A program made the position numbers and the translations under genes. From the human T2T-CHM13v2.0 reference genome, Homo sapiens, in assembly GCF_009914755.1 (NCBI RefSeq), contig NC_060929.1: 64,000 nt of DNA. The stretch is one strand, 5' to 3'. A model generated the notes under the pieces. That model saw only the letters and a list, made by a program, of their open reading frames with translations. It searched no databases and was not told the DNA's origin. Below, one piece after another: positions 60,191 through 64,000 of this stretch (position 1 is the stretch's first letter; each line of letters starts with the position of its first letter).

Positions 60191-62829
60191 AATACTGATA
60201 TTATTGTCAACATTATCAGTTATTAATATTATGCACTTAAGTGTTTCTTGGACCTAAAAATATAGTTAATATACTTGAATACAGTTAATTATGTTCTTCA
60301 ATATAGTTAATTATAAAAGAAACAGAGATTTTCTAAGTGGCCCATTGTGGAATGTATCTATATACTTCTGCATTGATTTCATTATTCATAAGAATAACAA
60401 AGGGCCTTGACCAGGTTACGATGAAAAGGTAATACAAGAGCTGTGCTACGTATGCTCATTATGGCATGACCAGGCCCATGTCTACATCTTTATCTTTCTA
60501 TTCCGAGAAAGGTGCTCTGTAATGGTTAACAATAACTATAGGTTTGATCCAAGCAGAGTCTGGTCTTTCTAAACTATGTTGAATAAATGGTGCCTTGTCC
60601 ATCATATACTCTTTCCATTTCCAAAACGAGATGCCCACCACAGCTCAGTACCCATCATTGATTACCTAATTACACAATCATTCCATCATAAATCAGTGCA
60701 ACGTCTGTGACTCTATATGTCATCACTACAACCCCCTCTGTCTATTCCCCTGGAGCTTCACCGAGGCGGTTCTACTGACATAATATATTCATTATCCATT
60801 AGATCTGGCACACGCTCCACAGTGCTCAATTATGATACAATCGAGCAAAGGGTCTGGTGTCGGCCAATGTAATGACTTTCTGATTATCTGTCTTTAAATG
60901 ATGAATGAAATGAAAATGTACTGCTCAAACCAAATATAAGATTGTTAGGATGCCAAATGAAAATTGTACACAGCCTCCTTTATGGGAGAATGGCAAACGC
61001 CTGCTTTCATTCAGCAATAGCTCTCTAAATATACTTTTCCACACCATTCCCATCTTTCAGTTATAAGATTACAACAAATCCACTGAATTTAAGTCCGAAA
61101 CTGATATTTTGGGGTCATTACATTACTCTTTGACTTAAGTTTTAATTCACAAGAACCTTCAGATACTTTTACATCTGCCTCGTCTTTTGACTCTACTTGT
61201 GTAATCTGACCTCCCAGTGATAGATTTACTGTTTCTACTTAGTCACCTGGATCAGATTATTTTTTGAGTTGCTTTGTCTCATGGAGAGCTGTAAGATAAT
61301 TAAGCAGATTGATACATAGATGGAATTTGTTTAAAAAAATGCCAGGATTATAAATAAGTGGTAGGCTCAAAAACATTTTGTTGTTCAAATAATTATGAAG
61401 CAGGTGTTTGATAGTACAGTCATTTCTGTTTCTGTTTACATCTTTAGTTATTATTCTGTTCATTATAATTGAAAATCCAATGACGCTTTGTATTGGAGCA
61501 CTCACAAATCTGAGTTAAATTACAGCTTCTCAGTTATTCCCTTAAATAGAACACATTGGACTTTTGATTGTAAAATAATTTTAAAAATCCAGTCCTTTCC
61601 CAAAATATTTGAACACCTTAGAGTAATTGAGCTTTTTGAAAGGCACAGACAAAAACAATGCATATGTTAATTTTTCATGTCACAACAAGGCTTACAGAAT
61701 GATTTTGGGGTACCTGAGAAGTTCCCAAAGGGGCCTAATCCTAAAGATGGTAGCTATATAAGCTACGAACAAATCTCCCCACTCCAGTTGTGTAAAGAAG
61801 TTAGGAAAAATGTGAGATCTTCTAAATTAAAATTTATTAAGAAAAAACTTATTTTCTTACTTCAGTTTCCCTATTTGAGAAGCTGATCTTAAATTTAATC
61901 TTGAAATAAAAATGGAGTTCCTTTGGATCTCACTTAATTGGAGTAAAGTCCTTGTGCTGCGGGAGACTGATAATCCCAGAGGTAAGGGATTGATAGCTCA
62001 ACAACCATCGAGAAAAATAATTTGAGAGTTGATGTCCTTGTATTTGTTTTTTACTTGCAATTAAATTAGATGGACTCTAAGCTGAAGAAATGTGCATATA
62101 TCTGTAATGTGTTCACATTCCTAGGATTGAAACTGCCTTCTTATCTTTTACTGTAAAGAATGACTACACCAAGTATTGGTTAAATGTCTTGAGACCTTTT
62201 AGGTAAAGTAAAAAATGAGGAAAAATTGTCTGTAAGGGAAGTGTTTAAAGGAGCTCACTAATTAATTAAGTACATCTCAACATTCTTGATTTGGAAACTC
62301 TAACAAGAATCATATGAGCTGGTAGTTTGTAAAACTAGATAGGGTAGATGAGTACTTTTTTTTTTCTCTTTTGTTTCCAGCCAGAATGAAAAATATGTAA
62401 GTGGAGATATGTTGGAGTCTCTAGGGAAATGTGAATTAATTTGAAGGTCATTGACTGCTTTATTTTCACTTCATATTTGTTTATTTATTTAAAAATAAGT
62501 ACTAATTTGAAGGGTGTACTGATTTTAATTTACATAACTTATGTAGTAGCAAGAAGGTTAAAATTTTCTTTTACTTCATAAAGACAAAATTTTCTTGGAA
62601 TATTTTTTTAAAGAGTTCGAGTTTAAATACAGCGTCCACTTCACTGCATCTCGTTAAATCTATTGTTGGCTAGGAAATCAACACAAAACATACCAAAATC
62701 AGAATCTTGAATGTTTATTTCTTTTAATCACAAGACTCAAATGCATTAAAATAAGATAATTTAATAATAGCAATGAAATACCCAAGGCCATGTGAACTCT
62801 AGCTTTCTGTATGCTAGACTAAGCCCAAA

Positions 62830-63578
<749 letters not shown>

Positions 63579-64000
63579 TCTGTGGTTTATATTTTGTAAA
63601 AAATAATCATATTAATGCCTTCTATGGGCTTAGAAACTTATGGTTTATAGATCATATTCACAAACATTTTGTATTTCTTTGACAGCACAGATCTTTGCTG
63701 GGCTTTACTAATCTCATAATACAGATGAACATACTGTCTCTGAGAGACTAAGTAAATTTTTTTCCCAAATTCCATAGCATTAACTGGTGAAACAGGGACC
63801 TGTTTGCCCCCAAATGCATTGTATTTTCCATAAGACCAGAGTAGCTGTGGTGGACCATAGTCCACCATACTTATTGCTAATGGTATGTAAAAGAAAGAAT
63901 TAAATATGTGATATGATTTCAGAAATGTTTTGGCAGGGTCATCACAAAAGAAACAAACAAAAAAATCTCTCTTTGTCCTGTTGCATGTGCCTGAAAATCA

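Overview
This is AT-rich, CpG-poor primate (very probably human) non-coding DNA. I find no protein-coding gene, RNA gene or CpG island. Interspersed repeats dominate: 19 Alu elements (15 minus, 4 plus; J, S and Y types), a 1.8-kb 5'-truncated young L1 (L1PA3-like, source of the only two real protein-homologous ORFs), older L1M fragments, two related ERV1 solo LTRs of the LTR1 group in opposite orientations, MaLR (MLT1) LTRs, MER20/MER3/MER5 DNA transposon fossils, MIR/L2 fragments and microsatellites. All other ORFs look like chance or Alu/LTR-derived frames. Repeat subfamily names come from my memory of consensus sequences and need RepeatMasker/Dfam confirmation. I see no new coding system. 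The best leads are a trimeric Alu inside one target-site duplication (TSD), a candidate spliced micro-exon near 62.4 kb, motif-dense unique segments that look like enhancers, and a repeat strand bias suggesting the window lies in a plus-strand intron.
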